A stretch of 63,400 nt of DNA, filler included, from Welwitschia mirabilis (Eukaryota): the NCBI GenBank assembly GCA_051453625.1. It is 10 parts of one record of this genome, joined end to end, with 100 filler letters (N's around TTAATTAATTAA, not from the genome) between each part and the next. Parts side by side here need not be neighbours in the genome. Positions count along the whole stretch, not along the records: positions 1 to 18,385 come from JBOZIK010000001.1; positions 18,486 to 27,557 come from JBOZIK010000001.1; 8 more parts are not named here. One strand, written 5' to 3'. This document shows positions 14,660 through 27,300 of this stretch, piece after piece. The notes below the pieces were generated by a model. It was not told the origin of the DNA, made no database searches, and saw only the letters and a program-made list of their open reading frames with translations. The translations under genes and the position numbers were made by a program. Positions within the stretch are counted from its first letter, which is position 1; each line of letters begins with the position of its first letter.

Positions 14660-15622
14660 NNNNNNNNNNNNNNNNNNNNNNNNNNNNNNNNNNNNNNNNN
14701 NNNNNNNNNNNNNNNNNNNNNNNNNNNNNNNNNNNNNNNNNNNNNNNNNNNNNNNNNNNNNNNNNNNNNNNNNNNNNNNNNNNNNNNNNNNNNNNNNNNN
14801 NNNNNNNNNNNNNNNNNNNNNNNNNNNNNNNNNNNNNNNNNNNNNNNNNNNNNNNNNNNNNNNNNNNNNNNNNNNNNNNNNNNNNNNNNNNNNNNNNNNN
14901 NNNNNNNNNNNNNNNNNNNNNNNNNNNNNNNNNNNNNNNNNNNNNNNNNNNNNNNNNNNNNNNNNNNNNNNNNNNNNNNNNNNNNNNNNNNNNNNNNNNN
15001 NNNNNNNNNNNNNNNNNNNNNNNNNNNNNNNNNNNNNNNNNNNNNNNNNNNNNNNNNNNNNNNNNNNNNNNNNNNNNNNNNNNNNNNNNNNNNNNNNNNN
15101 NNNNNNNNNNNNNNNNNNNNNNNNNNNNNNNNNNNNNNNNNNNNNNNNNNNNNNNNNNNNNNNNNNNNNNNNNNNNNNNNNNNNNNNNNNNNNNNNNNNN
15201 NNNNNNNNNNNNNNNNNNNNNNNNNNNNNNNNNNNNNNNNNNNNNNNNNNNNNTATAGTAAATATACATTAAACTTCTCTTTAAATCATTTATAATTATT
15301 TATATTATAATCTATAAAGTATTAATACAAATAGTTGAGAAAAGTCTAATTTATTTTATATTATTTTAAACATAAATTTTTAGTTAACAAATAATTTATA
15401 AATTACATTATGCACACATATTCTTTGAAATTAATATATTAATTATTTACTTTTAATATTAATAAAATAATAATTTTTTTAAAATATTATTAATATATTA
15501 AATAAAAAAGGTTTTCGTTTAAGATATAATCCATGCTTCTGAAATTTCCCACTCACTAAAAATATATAGTAAATACATTCTGCTTTAACCAACTCACAAA
15601 ACTCTAAATATTGTATCATTTC

Positions 15623-16945
15623 TCAGTCCCTCAATAAAGTTTCTCGCACACTCTCTAGAAATCTCGAAACATTTCTCATATGCGATCTTACCTATGAATA
15701 TTCATTTGAACAGAGCAGATCCAGCCCAAACAAAATCCTTAAGCATTCATGTGCTTGCCCACAAATCTCCTCTCGCTCATTCTCTTGCAATAGATCCCTA
15801 TCAATAATCTAAGTTACTGTCTCAGGGAATGCTAGGGCCACCCACCTGCACAGAGTCAAGCCTTCTGTAAACATCTCATTTGTCAGTCTTTTTCTGATAA
15901 GAATTTCCAGCAGCAGAATACCATAGCTGTAAACATCTCCTTTTGTGGAGACCTGTCCAGCTGTTCCATACTCTGTATTGAAGAGAGAATCATAACTGTT
16001 ATCTATCTAAAAGCTATGAAGTTGTAGAAAAGAGAAAGACTAGAATGATGATGATTCAGTCCTGGAAAATGCAAAAAAAGGATTAAGACTTTGAGTCGCA
16101 TACCTGGAGTGATGTAGCCTGTGGTTCCTTTCATGCCATTTGATGGGGAAATTGCTTGGCTAAATGGCAGATCTGTGAATGTGGAAAGCCCAAAATCTAT
16201 GAAACGTGCAGACATGTCTTGATTTAGAAGCACATTCGTAGGTTTGATATCATAGTGAACTACTTGAATGAAAGAATCATGGTGCAGATATTCCAGTGCA
16301 TGGGCTACATCAATTGCAGTCTTTAATCCTGCATGCAGTCCAAAGTTTCTGCTGTGCTCCTCCTCATGCTCATCTGGGTGATAGTATAGATGGTTGTCTA
16401 GACTTCCATTGGAGATGTATTCAAACACCATGCCTTCAAATGAGGGCCTTACAAATAAGTGTATAAGATTTACAATGTTCTTGTGTTTGATCTTGGATAA
16501 CACTTCATTCTCCACTATAAAGCTTTTTCTTATTTCATTGTCCTGTCGAGCGATTACCTTGACTGCGAGAGATGTGTTGTTGCTAAGAACTGCCTTGTAA
16601 ACTGAGCCGACGTTATCCCTCTCGAGAAAACTAGCCTCGTCAAAGCCATTCATTGCAGAAACAAGATCTTTGTATAAAAGCTTCTGGTGCTTCAGACTCT
16701 GTGAGGCAAATTTGAAGAGTAAAAGCAAAAAGGTGATGGTCAAAACACTAATAGCTTAGAGAATTCTTAGCAAAAATGTCTCTGCACTTGATACTTCTAA
16801 ACAAGGGAGAAGTCCGAACTGTGCTGCGCCTTAGAGCCTAGGGTTTCCTTGTAGTGAGTGAGTGAGTGAGGGAGAATTCTAGGGGCAGCTGGCCTTGAAG
16901 TTAGTTTGAGCCGAGTCTCAGAGTGAGTTTTGTATTGGAGAGCTC
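15623..16945 (-). pseudogene. LRR-XII subfamily receptor-like kinase pseudogene (EFR/Xa21-like, non-RD), most of LRR ectodomain missing
   Basis: One LRR remnant LRLGSN*LQGQLPLEF, cap GNPRL*G..FGLLPC, hydrophobic TM segment, kinase motifs AVKV, HYDIKPTNVLL, DFGLS, GTTGYITP. GT-AG intron at 16103-15973. Exon 2 EYGTAGQVSTKGDVYSYGILLLE has two premature stops. Confidence 0.9.
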
Positions 16946-19900
16946 GTCATAAAAGTGTTTTTGGTAAAGCGCTCTGCTGCGGCACTACGAGCTCTTTATG
17001 TCGTTGTCCTAAAAGGAGAAAATTAAAAGCAAAATAATCAGCCAAATTAACATATTATTTTAAATTTAAAAAAAAATGAGTAACGCCGTCCTGGACAATT
17101 TAGTGGCTGGGGATGGCCTCTCGGATAAATAAACTAAATCTAGAGGAGTCGACCGGATTCTGATGGGATCAACCGAACCTATAACTTAGAGNNNNNNNNN
17201 NNNNNNNNNNNNNNNNNNNNNNNNNNNNNNNNNNNNNNNNNNNNNNNNNNNNNNNNNNNNNNNNNNNNNNNNNNNNNNNNNNNNNNNNNNNNNNNNNNNN
17301 NNNNNNNNNNNNNNNNNNNNNNNNNNNNNNNNNNNNNNNNNNNNNNNNNNNNNNNNNNNNNNNNNNNNNNNNNNNNNNNNNNNNNNNNNNNNNNNNNNNN
17401 NNNNNNNNNNNNNNNNNNNNNNNNNNNNNNNNNNNNNNNNNNNNNNNNNNNNNNNNNNNNNNNNNNNNNNNNNNNNNNNNNNNNNNNNNNNNNNNNNNNN
17501 NNNNNNNNNNNNNNNNNNNNNNNNNNNNNNNNNNNNNNNNNNNNNNNNNNNNNNNNNNNNNNNNNNNNNNNNNNNNNNNNNNNNNNNNNNNNNNNNNNNN
17601 NNNNNNNNNNNNNNNNNNNNNNNNNNNNNNNNNNNNNNNNNNNNNNNNNNNNNNNNNNNNNNNNNNNNNNNNNNNNNNNNNNNNNNNNNNNNNNNNNNNN
17701 NNNNNNNNNNNNNNNNNNNNNNNNNNNNNNNNNNNNNNNNNNNNNNNNNNNNNNNNNNNNNNNNNNNNNNNNNNNNNNNNNNNNNNNNNNNNNNNNNNNN
17801 NNNNNNNNNNNNNNNNNNNNNNNNNNNNNNNNNNNNNNNNNNNNNNNNNNNNNNNNNNNNNNNNNNNNNNNNNNNNNNNNNNNNNNNNNNNNNNNNNNNN
17901 NNNNNNNNNNNNNNNNNNNNNNNNNNNNNNNNNNNNNNNNNNNNNNNNNNNNNNNNNNNNNNNNNNNNNNNNNNNNNNNNNNNNNNNNNNNNNNNNNNNN
18001 NNNNNNNNNNNNNNNNNNNNNNNNNNNNNNNNNNNNNNNNNNNNNNNNNNNNNNNNNNNNNNNNNNNNNNNNNNNNNNNNNNNNNNNTAGAGGAGTCGAC
18101 CGGATTCTGATTGGATCAACCGAACCTATAACTTAGAGAATCTGTGTCCTTAAACCAAATGGTAAGGGTTCATCTGGATTTTCATAGGGTCGACCATATT
18201 TGAGGACCTGATAGATAGTACTTTTAGACTAAGAGACAAGGGGTCAACTAGACCCAGGATAGGGTCAACCAGATTGGGGTCAACCAGACCCAAATGGGGT
18301 CAATCAGACATGGAGATACAAAAACCTAGGGCAATCGAATTTCTCTCTCAGGTGACTTGTGTAATTCATGACACCATATGGGGTCNNNNNNNNNNNNNNN
18401 NNNNNNNNNNNNNNNNNNNNNNNNNNNNNTTAATTAATTAANNNNNNNNNNNNNNNNNNNNNNNNNNNNNNNNNNNNNNNNNNNNTACTTTAAAGTCTTT
18501 GGAAGTAAATGCTATGTCCTAAAAGATAGAGAACACTTGAGCCAGTTTGAATCAAAAGCTGACGAAGCTATTTTCTTAGGATACTCAACGAGAAGTAGAT
18601 CCTATCGTGTTTTCAATAAAAGAATCTTAACAATAGAAGAATCAATAAATGTACAAATTGATGAGATTGACATAAAAATAAATTGCACAGATGAAGAAGA
18701 AACTATAACCACAAGTATTCCCACATCAAATAAATATGCTACTAAAATAAATGAAATTCAAGTAAAAGAAAGCAATCTAAAAAAGCCTAAACTTCTTAAA
18801 TATCATCTAATAGAATCTTTCATTAGATAAGTTAATTCAAAAGTAAATACAAGAGGTTCTATGAAAAATTTGTGTGCTCATATTTGTTATGTTTTAAATA
18901 TAAAGCCTAAGAACTTTGAAGAAGTAGAAAATCATGAAGAATGGATGTTGGCAATGCAAAATGAGCTATAACAGTTCAAAAGAGATAATGTTTAGAAACT
19001 CATAGAGAGACCCAAAGATAAGAATGTTATTGGTATAAAATGTATTTTTAAGAACAAGTGTGATGAAGAAAATAATGTTATTAAAAACAAAGCAAGACTA
19101 ATAGCTCAAGGCTACAACCAAATAGAAGGCATTGATGTAGGAGATACTTTTGCTTCTATTGCAAGGTTGGATAGCATTAGAATGTTTTTATCCTTTGAAA
19201 CCTTTAAGAACTTCAAATTTTATCAAATGAATGTAAAAAATTCTTTTCTGAATGGACATTAATTGAAGAATTTTATGTTGAATAATCACAAGGTTTTATT
19301 AATCTTTACAAATCTGATCATGTGTATAGGCTTAAAAAAGCTTTATATGGATTAAAACAAGCTTCCAGAGCATGGTATGAAAAGTTAACTACCTTTTTAA
19401 ATGATAATGGATATGTTCGAGGAATAACAAAACTTTATTCGTGAAGAAATTGAAAAATGATTTCATTATTATAAAGATTTATGTAGATAATATTATTTTT
19501 GATGCCTAAAATAAAAAGTTGTCAGAAGAATTTGCAAATATTATGACAAATCAATTCAAAATAAATATGCTTGATGAAGTTAAAATATTTCTTGGACCTC
19601 AAATTAAGCAATTTAAAGAGGAAATATTTATATCTCAATCCAAATATACAAGAGATTTGATCAAATGATTTAGTTTAGATACAGGAAAGCCAGTTGATAC
19701 TCCTATGTCTACATCATGTAAAGTAAGCTTAAATGAAAATGATAAATCAATAGATCATAAATTTTATAAAAGCATCATTTGTAGTTTATTGTATTTGACT
19801 ACAAGTAGATTAGATATCATGTTCAGTATTGGAATGTATGTAAGAGATTAATCTATCCAAAAGAGTTACATTTTTAAGCAGTAAAAAAGATAATCAGGTA

Positions 19901-21047
19901 TATAAAAGGAACATGTAATTATGACTTATGGTATCCCAACAAAAAATCTTTCGATCTTATAGGTTTTAGTAATGCAGATTGGGCTGGATGCAAAGATGAT
20001 AAAAAAAGAACAAGTGCAAATTGCTTTCTTATAGGTTCATGTCTAATAGGATGGAAAAGTAAGGAATAAAACTCTATTTTTCTCTCTACTGCAAAAGCCA
20101 AATATATTATTATAGGATGTTATTGCACTTACTTTTTATGAATGAAATAAATTTTGAAAGATCTTGGTGTTACTTTTAAATAAGTTCCTATTTTTTGTCA
20201 TAATACAAGTGCTATTAATATATCTAAAAATCTAGTTTAGCACTCGAGAATAAAGCATATTAAACTTAGACATCATTTCCTTTGAGATAAAGTTGAAAAA
20301 GAACATATTTTTATGAATTTTGTAACTACAGACCAACAATTAGTAGACATTTTTACTAAACCCCTAAATTTTGATACTTTTATTTGTCTCAAACACGAAC
20401 TAGGGGTTCTCTGACCGTCCTATACTTTATAGCAGAATGGTCGACTGAACTAGTAATTTGGTCCATTAGAATAGGTAAGTTGACTGGTTTTGTACTCGGT
20501 TTCCCAATCTCTTAAAAGTTCTGTAGCTGGTAAAGCAGCAGAACAAAAGATCGTTATCTAATTTGTCATCCGTGTTTTGATCTATTGATAATTTCTATGG
20601 ACTCTTATCTATGCTTCTTGAATATTCTAATGTTTTATTCTGTCTTATCATATTAACCATTTTTCTTTGTGGACATTATGCATTGAAAATTATCATCTTA
20701 TTGACATACTTGCTTTACAACTTTATCATTTGATATTATCTCATGATTATTACTTTTACATATGGCATAATGTTAGGAGGAGAAAATTTGATATTTCTTG
20801 ACACATAATTTAAGGTTTATATTTCTTTTCCATTGATGTCAAAGGGGAAGAAAATCTAGTGTTTTCAAAGTATTTAATGTTTGTTTCAAAAATATTTTAC
20901 CGTTTGCTTAATGTTGTTTATATGCCTTGGTGAAAGAGGGAGTTTTTATTAGGATAATGTGCTTCAAAATTGTGTGGTAAAAGAGCTTAAATTTGTTTTG
21001 ATTTTGAAATCACTTATTTATTTACTATCAATGTCAAAGGGGGAGAT

Positions 21048-22406
21048 TGTTGGATTATATATTGCCAATCGATGTCAAACTAATATTTATTATATAGCAA
21101 ATGTTGTATATGTTGTGCAGAAGAGTTTGAGTTTTTACAAGTTGAAAGATGGAATTAAAATATGCACTAGAAACCTATTTAGTTGATTCATCTTCCAGAG
21201 GGATTGACTAGATCCTAAAGGATTCAACCACGCCTGTAGTTATCAAAGGAAAATAAACTAGATCCAGAGGGGTCGACCAGATTCTGATGGGGTCGACTGA
21301 ACCTGTAACTTGGAGAATTAGTGTCCATGAACCGAATGGTAAGGGGTCAACCAAATTTTCATGGGTTCGACCGGATTTAAGGACCTGATAGACAATACTT
21401 CTAGACTGAGAGACAAGACGTCGACCGGACCTAGGAAGGGGTCGACTGGATTGGGGTCGACCAGACCCAAACAAAGTCGATCGGACATGGAGACACAAAA
21501 ACCTGGGGCGACCAAATTTCTCTTTAGGGTGACCTTTGTAATTTATGGCACCATATGGGGTCGATTGGATTTTCATGGAATCAACCGGACGGTGTGAAAA
21601 TGAAATTTTTCTAAACATTATGTATCCATTATCTAGCCGTTAGGTAGCCATTTATAGTCGTTGGAGGTGTAATTCAAATGGACTAAACCCTAATAGCCTT
21701 CCATTATAAATAGCTAAGCTATAGATAACCAAGAAATCTTTTGGAACCATTCTCATTTGGCTAAATCATTTGGATCTGAAAGATCAAGCTTTGTATTGAT
21801 ATTATTATCACTGTTGTGTCTTGGCTTCTACACATCTGACTATAGGAGATCTATTATTGGCAAATGTACTACATTTAAAATCAGATCTAGAGCATCATTG
21901 GTGTACTACTACAGGAAGAGAGCTCCATCTATTGTACTGATTTCAGATTGGGTGATATTTGTGCTATTGAGGCATCACTACATCACTATTATTATTTTCT
22001 ATAGGTTGAGACTAAGCCTTGAAAAGTTCGTTGTGAAGGTTGAGACTAAGCCTTGAAAAGTCTATTGTAAAGGTTAAGACTTAGCCTAGAAAAGTCTACT
22101 TGTAAAGGTTATAGGTAAACTTGAAATACTTGGTGGAGTAACACAAATTCGAGATTCAGCTTGGGAGATGCCGATCATCAAGAGTGAAGTAGGGAAGTTC
22201 TCGAACCACTATAAATCCGACTTGCATCAATTTGGTAGTTTGTGTTTTTGTTTTTGCTTCTTAACTTTTAGTATCTTATTAGTTTGTGCACATCCTAGAT
22301 CGATTTTATTTTCATATGCAAGTTGTGTTTCAAATAGATTCATTTCAGATTTATCATTAAGTTTTGAAAGAACCTATTCACCCCACCAGGGTTCTCAATC
22401 CTATCA
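21048..22406 (+). repeat. 3' LTR of Sirevirus-like element
   Basis: TG...CA termini. First ~210 bp match 13668-13874; the next part matches 17126-17191 and 18088-18385. Confidence 0.85.
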
Positions 22407-25400
22407 CTGCATCCATGTTGGGCTAATCAATTATTTTATCGTCAAAATATCTTGGAAGATTCCATTATCTTGGTGTAAGTTTTTCATTTGCTAGAAGATT
22501 TCCCAAAGTCTTTTAAAGCACTAAAATTCATCACCTATCCATGTTCATCATCTATGTAGGCTATAAGGTCTTTTATATTATCCTCAACATTTAGACATTC
22601 TGCAAGTTCCACTCTATATGCATTATCTCCAATTTGTTGAATTACCTTAACCAGACCCACCTTTTTATTTCTGATCTTGCTTATGCATAAACTAGAAAAC
22701 CTCTTCTTTCTTATATTAATCAAGACTAAGTCACTTGGGCTAAAGGTAACATCCTTTCATCTATGGTCTACATATGTCTTCATTAATCCATAAGATTGAT
22801 GCAGGTGGTTATAAACTTGTTGACGAATTTGTTGCATTAACAGATCACTGTCGACTACTTTTTAGTAATCATAAATAGGTCTACTTATTTCATCTAGGAT
22901 CCTAAGATGATGTCCAAACACTATCATAAAGGGTGTTTTACCTGTGCTCCCATTCACAAAGTTGTTATATGCAAACTCTACATGTGGTAACATCTCATTC
23001 CATTTTCGTTGTTTATCTGAATACAAGCATCATGGAATGTTACTAAGACTTCTTTTAACAACTTTTATTTGGCCATTCATCTATGGATGTACTGTTGTGA
23101 TAAACTTCAAATTCATTCCTACTAGTTGCCATAGTGTTCTTCAATAATGCCTTGTAAAAGGGATATCTCTATCTGAAATGATATCTTTACGAAATCCATG
23201 CACGCTCATGGTTTATTAGAAGAAAATCTTAACCACATGAGATGCATCAATTATTTTTTTTTCAATGGTATAAAATGTGTCACTTTACTAAATCGATCCA
23301 TAATAACCAAAATGGCATCAGATCCATATTTGATTTTAGGAAAATCAACCAAATAATTTACATTGATACTTCTCCATGGTTCTTCTAGTACTAGCAACAA
23401 CTAATACAAACCTAGTTTTTGTTATGCTCCTTTTACTAACTAGTAAGTAGTGCATCATTATAGAAATGTTTCAATTTTCTTTTTTAAACTAAGCCAAAAA
23501 TATCTCATGCTTACTAATTACAAGGTTTTATAATAGCCAATGTGTATTGCCATGTCATTTGCATGCTTTTCTTTGATTAATCATTCTCATAGTTTTTCAA
23601 CTAGTATACACAATTAAATTCCCCTATATAGCAATCCATTTATTAAGAGGTAGTTACCTAGTTCTGCCTACTTGTTCTGCAAATACTGTAAATTATTCCA
23701 AAGCTGGGTCACTAGTATATTCCTCCTGTAAATGATAAAATTCCTCTATAGTAATACAAGTAACAACTTCACGTTGATGACTGATTGCATTGGCTACCTT
23801 GTTAGTGGATCCTTTTACATGCTTTAGGGTGAAAGTAAAAGCCTGCAACACCTCAACCCATGTAGGAAACTTGGACTTACTAATTCTTGCTTGGGAATTA
23901 ATATACTTTAAGGCTCAATGATCTATCTGTAAGATAAACTCATTTAGTAACAAGTAGTACATCCATTTGCATAAATCCTAAATTACAACATAGAACATTT
24001 GTTCATATGTGGAATATCACTTTTTTGTATCATTTAACTTCTCACTAAAGTATGGTATGGGTCTTTCTTCTTGGTTAATTACTCCTCCAACTATACTTGT
24101 ACTAGTGTCCAACTCCACAAGAAATGTTTTCTTGAAGTCTGGTAATGCTAACATAGGTTTTTCACAAACTTCTTGTCATAATAACCTAACAATTTTGTTT
24201 ATAGCTTTAGTTCAATGGAACTCCTTCGACCTTCCCCTTATGATATCTGTCATGGGTGTTACAATTTCTGTAAAATTGCGTATAATTTTTTGATAAAAAC
24301 TTGTCAATCCATGAAAGATACGCATCTCATTAGCATTCCTTTATGTAGACCAATCATGAATAACTTCAATCATTCTTGGGTCTATCCTCAACATGTCTTT
24401 AGAAATTTTAAAATTCAAATACACAACTTCCTACTGCATCAATTTTGACTTTCCAATATGGATTAGCAATTACTCTTTTTACAACCTCCTTAGTACAACA
24501 TCTAGATCCTCTAAATGATTTTCGCAAGTGCTAATAAGGACAATAATATCATCTAAAAACACAATAATACATCAGCAAATAAATTCTTTTAGGACCTCTC
24601 TCATTAGTCTCATAAATGTTGCTAGAGCATTTATCATTCCAAAAGGCTTTGTTAACCACTCGTATAGATCATCTGGGGTTTTGAAGGTTGTCTTCCACTC
24701 ATCACTTTCTTGAATATGAACTTGATGATAACCATCCTTGAGGTTAATCCTGCTAAAATAAGATGCATGTGACAAATGGTCCATGATGTCATCCATTCAT
24801 GGAATGAAACATCTATAGTAGATTGTGATGCAATTTATTGCCCTTGAGTCTATGCACATTTGAAATTCAGTAACTCATCTTTTCCCATCCTTCTTTAATG
24901 CCAAAAATGCAAGCATAACACATGATAAAACACTCTCTCAAATCAATCGCTTTTACATCAATTCTTCAACTTGACTTCCGATCTCTTCGCTTTGTATTGG
25001 TGTCATTTTATATGCTGCAATGTTAGACAAAACTGATCCTAGGAAAAAGTTAATTGCATGGTTAATGATCCTCTTAGGTGGAACCCCTTTTGGAAGATCC
25101 TTTACATGAATATTACAATAATTCTTTAGTAATAAAAGAAACTTTTATAGGAACTTCTACTGGCTCCTCACAATCATTTAGTTTTACAACTAAGACAAAC
25201 ACCTCCTCATTATTTGAATCTCTAGAGTTTCATTCTGACTTAACATACATAAATTGGATCTTTTATTTGATGCATTATCTATATCTTTAGTCAAAAGCAA
25301 CAATCACAACTTCTTACTTTGGTAGCGCAAAAGTATGGTATTACTCTTACCATCATAAACTTCTCGTACGTTATACTGCCAAAGTCTACCAAGCAACACA

Positions 25401-27300
25401 TGACATGCATCCATGAACATCACATTGCAGATTACTTTTGTCTGATATGGTCCAATCTTTAAGTTTACTTTCAATCCCTCTTAAGCCTTGACTTCTTGTT
25501 CATTCTGTAACCATCAAAGTGCATATGGTTTAGGATGCTTTCCTATTGGTAGATTTAATGTCTTTATTGTACTCTCTACAAGAATATTTTTATGGCTACT
25601 AAAGTCCATGATTCTGATTTCAACTCTATTACCACAGTAACATCACATTTGAAAAAGTCACTCTCACTGAGTAGGATCTTTTACCTTCTCTGTTTTCAAA
25701 GATTGCACCACCATATTTCTTTCTTGTGTAAAGCAAGATGCTACTTCTTCCTCAGGTGAGAAATATAAACTTGCTTCATTAGTTGAACATCTTCTAGATT
25801 CTCCTTGTACATATTGGGTTCATCATGCAATACCATATGTGTCTTGAACGTGTGGATATTCTGACGTCCTATGTTCTTAAGTGTTAAATGAAAGCACTTA
25901 CCTCAAAATCCTCTAAATGGTCCTACTTTGCCTTGTCTGAATCCTTGTCCATGCATCCCAAAAGGTGATTAGTGTGCTTTTCTATCTTTGACGATGTTCC
26001 TAATGGTTCCTCTTGCTTGGCCATGTCTAGGACATGCCTTTCCTAGTGTCCTCTTCTTCAATTATCATTCTGTAGAATTCTTTGTTGTAATTTGTCTTTT
26101 GCTCTGAGGGCAAATTGGTGTGTTTCATTCATTAATATTGGATTTTTCATTGTGAGATCTTCTTGAAAAGCAATTCTTAATCTTCCAATAAATCTGGATA
26201 TCTCTTTCTCTATATCTTCAAATCTATCTAATTGAATGAAAAGCTAGTAAAACTCCTCTGCATATTGTTGTATCGCCGTTTTTCCTTCTCATAAATTGTG
26301 TAGTCTTTGGTAGAGAGTCTATTGTAGTTAACTAGTAGAAACTTCTCCTTAAGTATTGACACCATCTTGCACCATGTGTGAATCTTTATTTTACCCTTCC
26401 TCTCTCTTTCCAATTGTAGATGCTCCCACAAATGTGCGGTAAGGCTCTTTAACTATGTTGTAGCCAATTTAACCTTTCTAGCTTCCAAGTAGTTCCTCTA
26501 ATTCGAAATAGTTATCCATCTCCTGAATCCAATCAATCAAAGAATTTGGATTAATTTCCATCAAAATTAGAAACATCCATATGCATTCTCTTGCCTAATT
26601 ACGAGATTACTTGCAAAAACAATTGATCCTGCCCTTTGATGCCATTTAATGGATTTCTTACTACTAATGATCCTTCTTTCTCATCACTGTTGTGTTTAGT
26701 AATAAACATCCATTGTTGCTAATAGGTCTCCATTACTTCTACTCTTGTTGTTAATGCTTGTAATGGTTGCAACAATTCCTTTATTCCCACATTCTCTAAG
26801 CCATCTCCTCCTTGGTGTCATATCACATCTCTTTCTCAGCTTCGACCTCTTCCTCTAGTGTGTCAAGTGACCACAAGTTCTTCATAGAGATCCTTCACTC
26901 AGGCTTCTCGCTCATTCGCCCTTTCATCTTTTGCGATTACAGAACTTCCATAGGATCTTTACCTACTCTGGTTCTAGTTGATGCAGGCTAGAGTGCGGGA
27001 GGTCAATTGCATGACGCAAACTTATGCTTTTCTCTACTCCTTTATCTAATTTTCTTCTTTTTGTTGCTTTCTCTCTAATAATTTTCTTTTTTTTCTCCCT
27101 TGTTCACTTTCAACTTCCTATATTTATAGTAACAAAGTGTTGTCTTTTCAAAAGTCATACCCCTTTCAATCATAGTGAAAAATAAATGTTCTAGAACTTT
27201 TTATAATTTCATAAAGGGTTCTAGAATTAATTATATTTTAAAATAAAATAAATGATGCTAACAATTATTGTTTTTTTTAAATGCTGAAGCTTGTGCGTCA
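22407..27300 (-). mobile_element. Degenerate Ty3/Gypsy retrotransposon, unit 2 (same family as 8451-13627)
   Basis: Colinear with 8826-13627. RT fragment YFSRINLKDGYHQVHIQESDEWKTTFKT..LYEWLTKPFG at 24572-24796; gag at ~26228-26600; LTR at 26979-27300. Confidence 0.9.
26979..27300 (-). repeat. Gypsy LTR (right)
   Basis: tgatgcaggctagagtg...tgcgtca, followed by ctact. Confidence 0.85.

Larger units (their letters stand above)
13875..17125 (-). mobile_element. ~3.2 kb insertion carrying a kinase gene fragment; possible Helitron-like capture
   Basis: Interrupts the Sirevirus 5' LTR. Junctions read A|CTAG ... GA|T on plus (5'-TC...CTAG-3' in an AT site on minus). Inverted repeat ttagatatata/tatatatctaa at 13880-13910. 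No TIRs seen. Element class is inferred. Confidence 0.4.
13668..22406 (+). mobile_element. Sirevirus-like (SIRE/Maximus) Copia retrotransposon nested in Gypsy unit 2
   Basis: 5' LTR starts tgttggatg at 13668 (interrupted, continues 17126-18385). 3' LTR at 21048-22406 follows PPT aaagggggagat, with extra purine tracts at ~20776, 20840 and 20933. Plus-strand integrase C-terminus (SQFESKADEAIFLGYS) and decayed RT/RNase H at 18486-20410. LTR carries repeated ggggtcgacc motifs and ends ctattcacccc...tatca. Confidence 0.85.

Noticed and set aside
14531-15295. Long ORFs made of X residues (also at 17169, 30473, 33426, 48501 and elsewhere)
   Set aside because: Produced by N gaps.
17138-18138. Identical sequence on both sides of the gap (also 33438-33484 vs 34035-34080, and 50730-50755 vs 50856-50894)
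   Set aside because: Probably unmerged contig overlaps rather than real duplications.
18430-18442. TTAATTAATTAA flanked by N runs, recurring at ~27602, 29753, 37148, 40043, 43882, 51903, 53850 and 61483
   Set aside because: Artificial scaffolding spacer with stops in all six frames; not biological. It marks joins of uncertain size or order.
21990-22115. ~30 bp tandem repeats (aaggttgagactaagccttgaaaagt) superficially like a CRISPR array
   Set aside because: Ordinary tandem repeats inside a eukaryotic LTR, with no unique spacers or cas genes.
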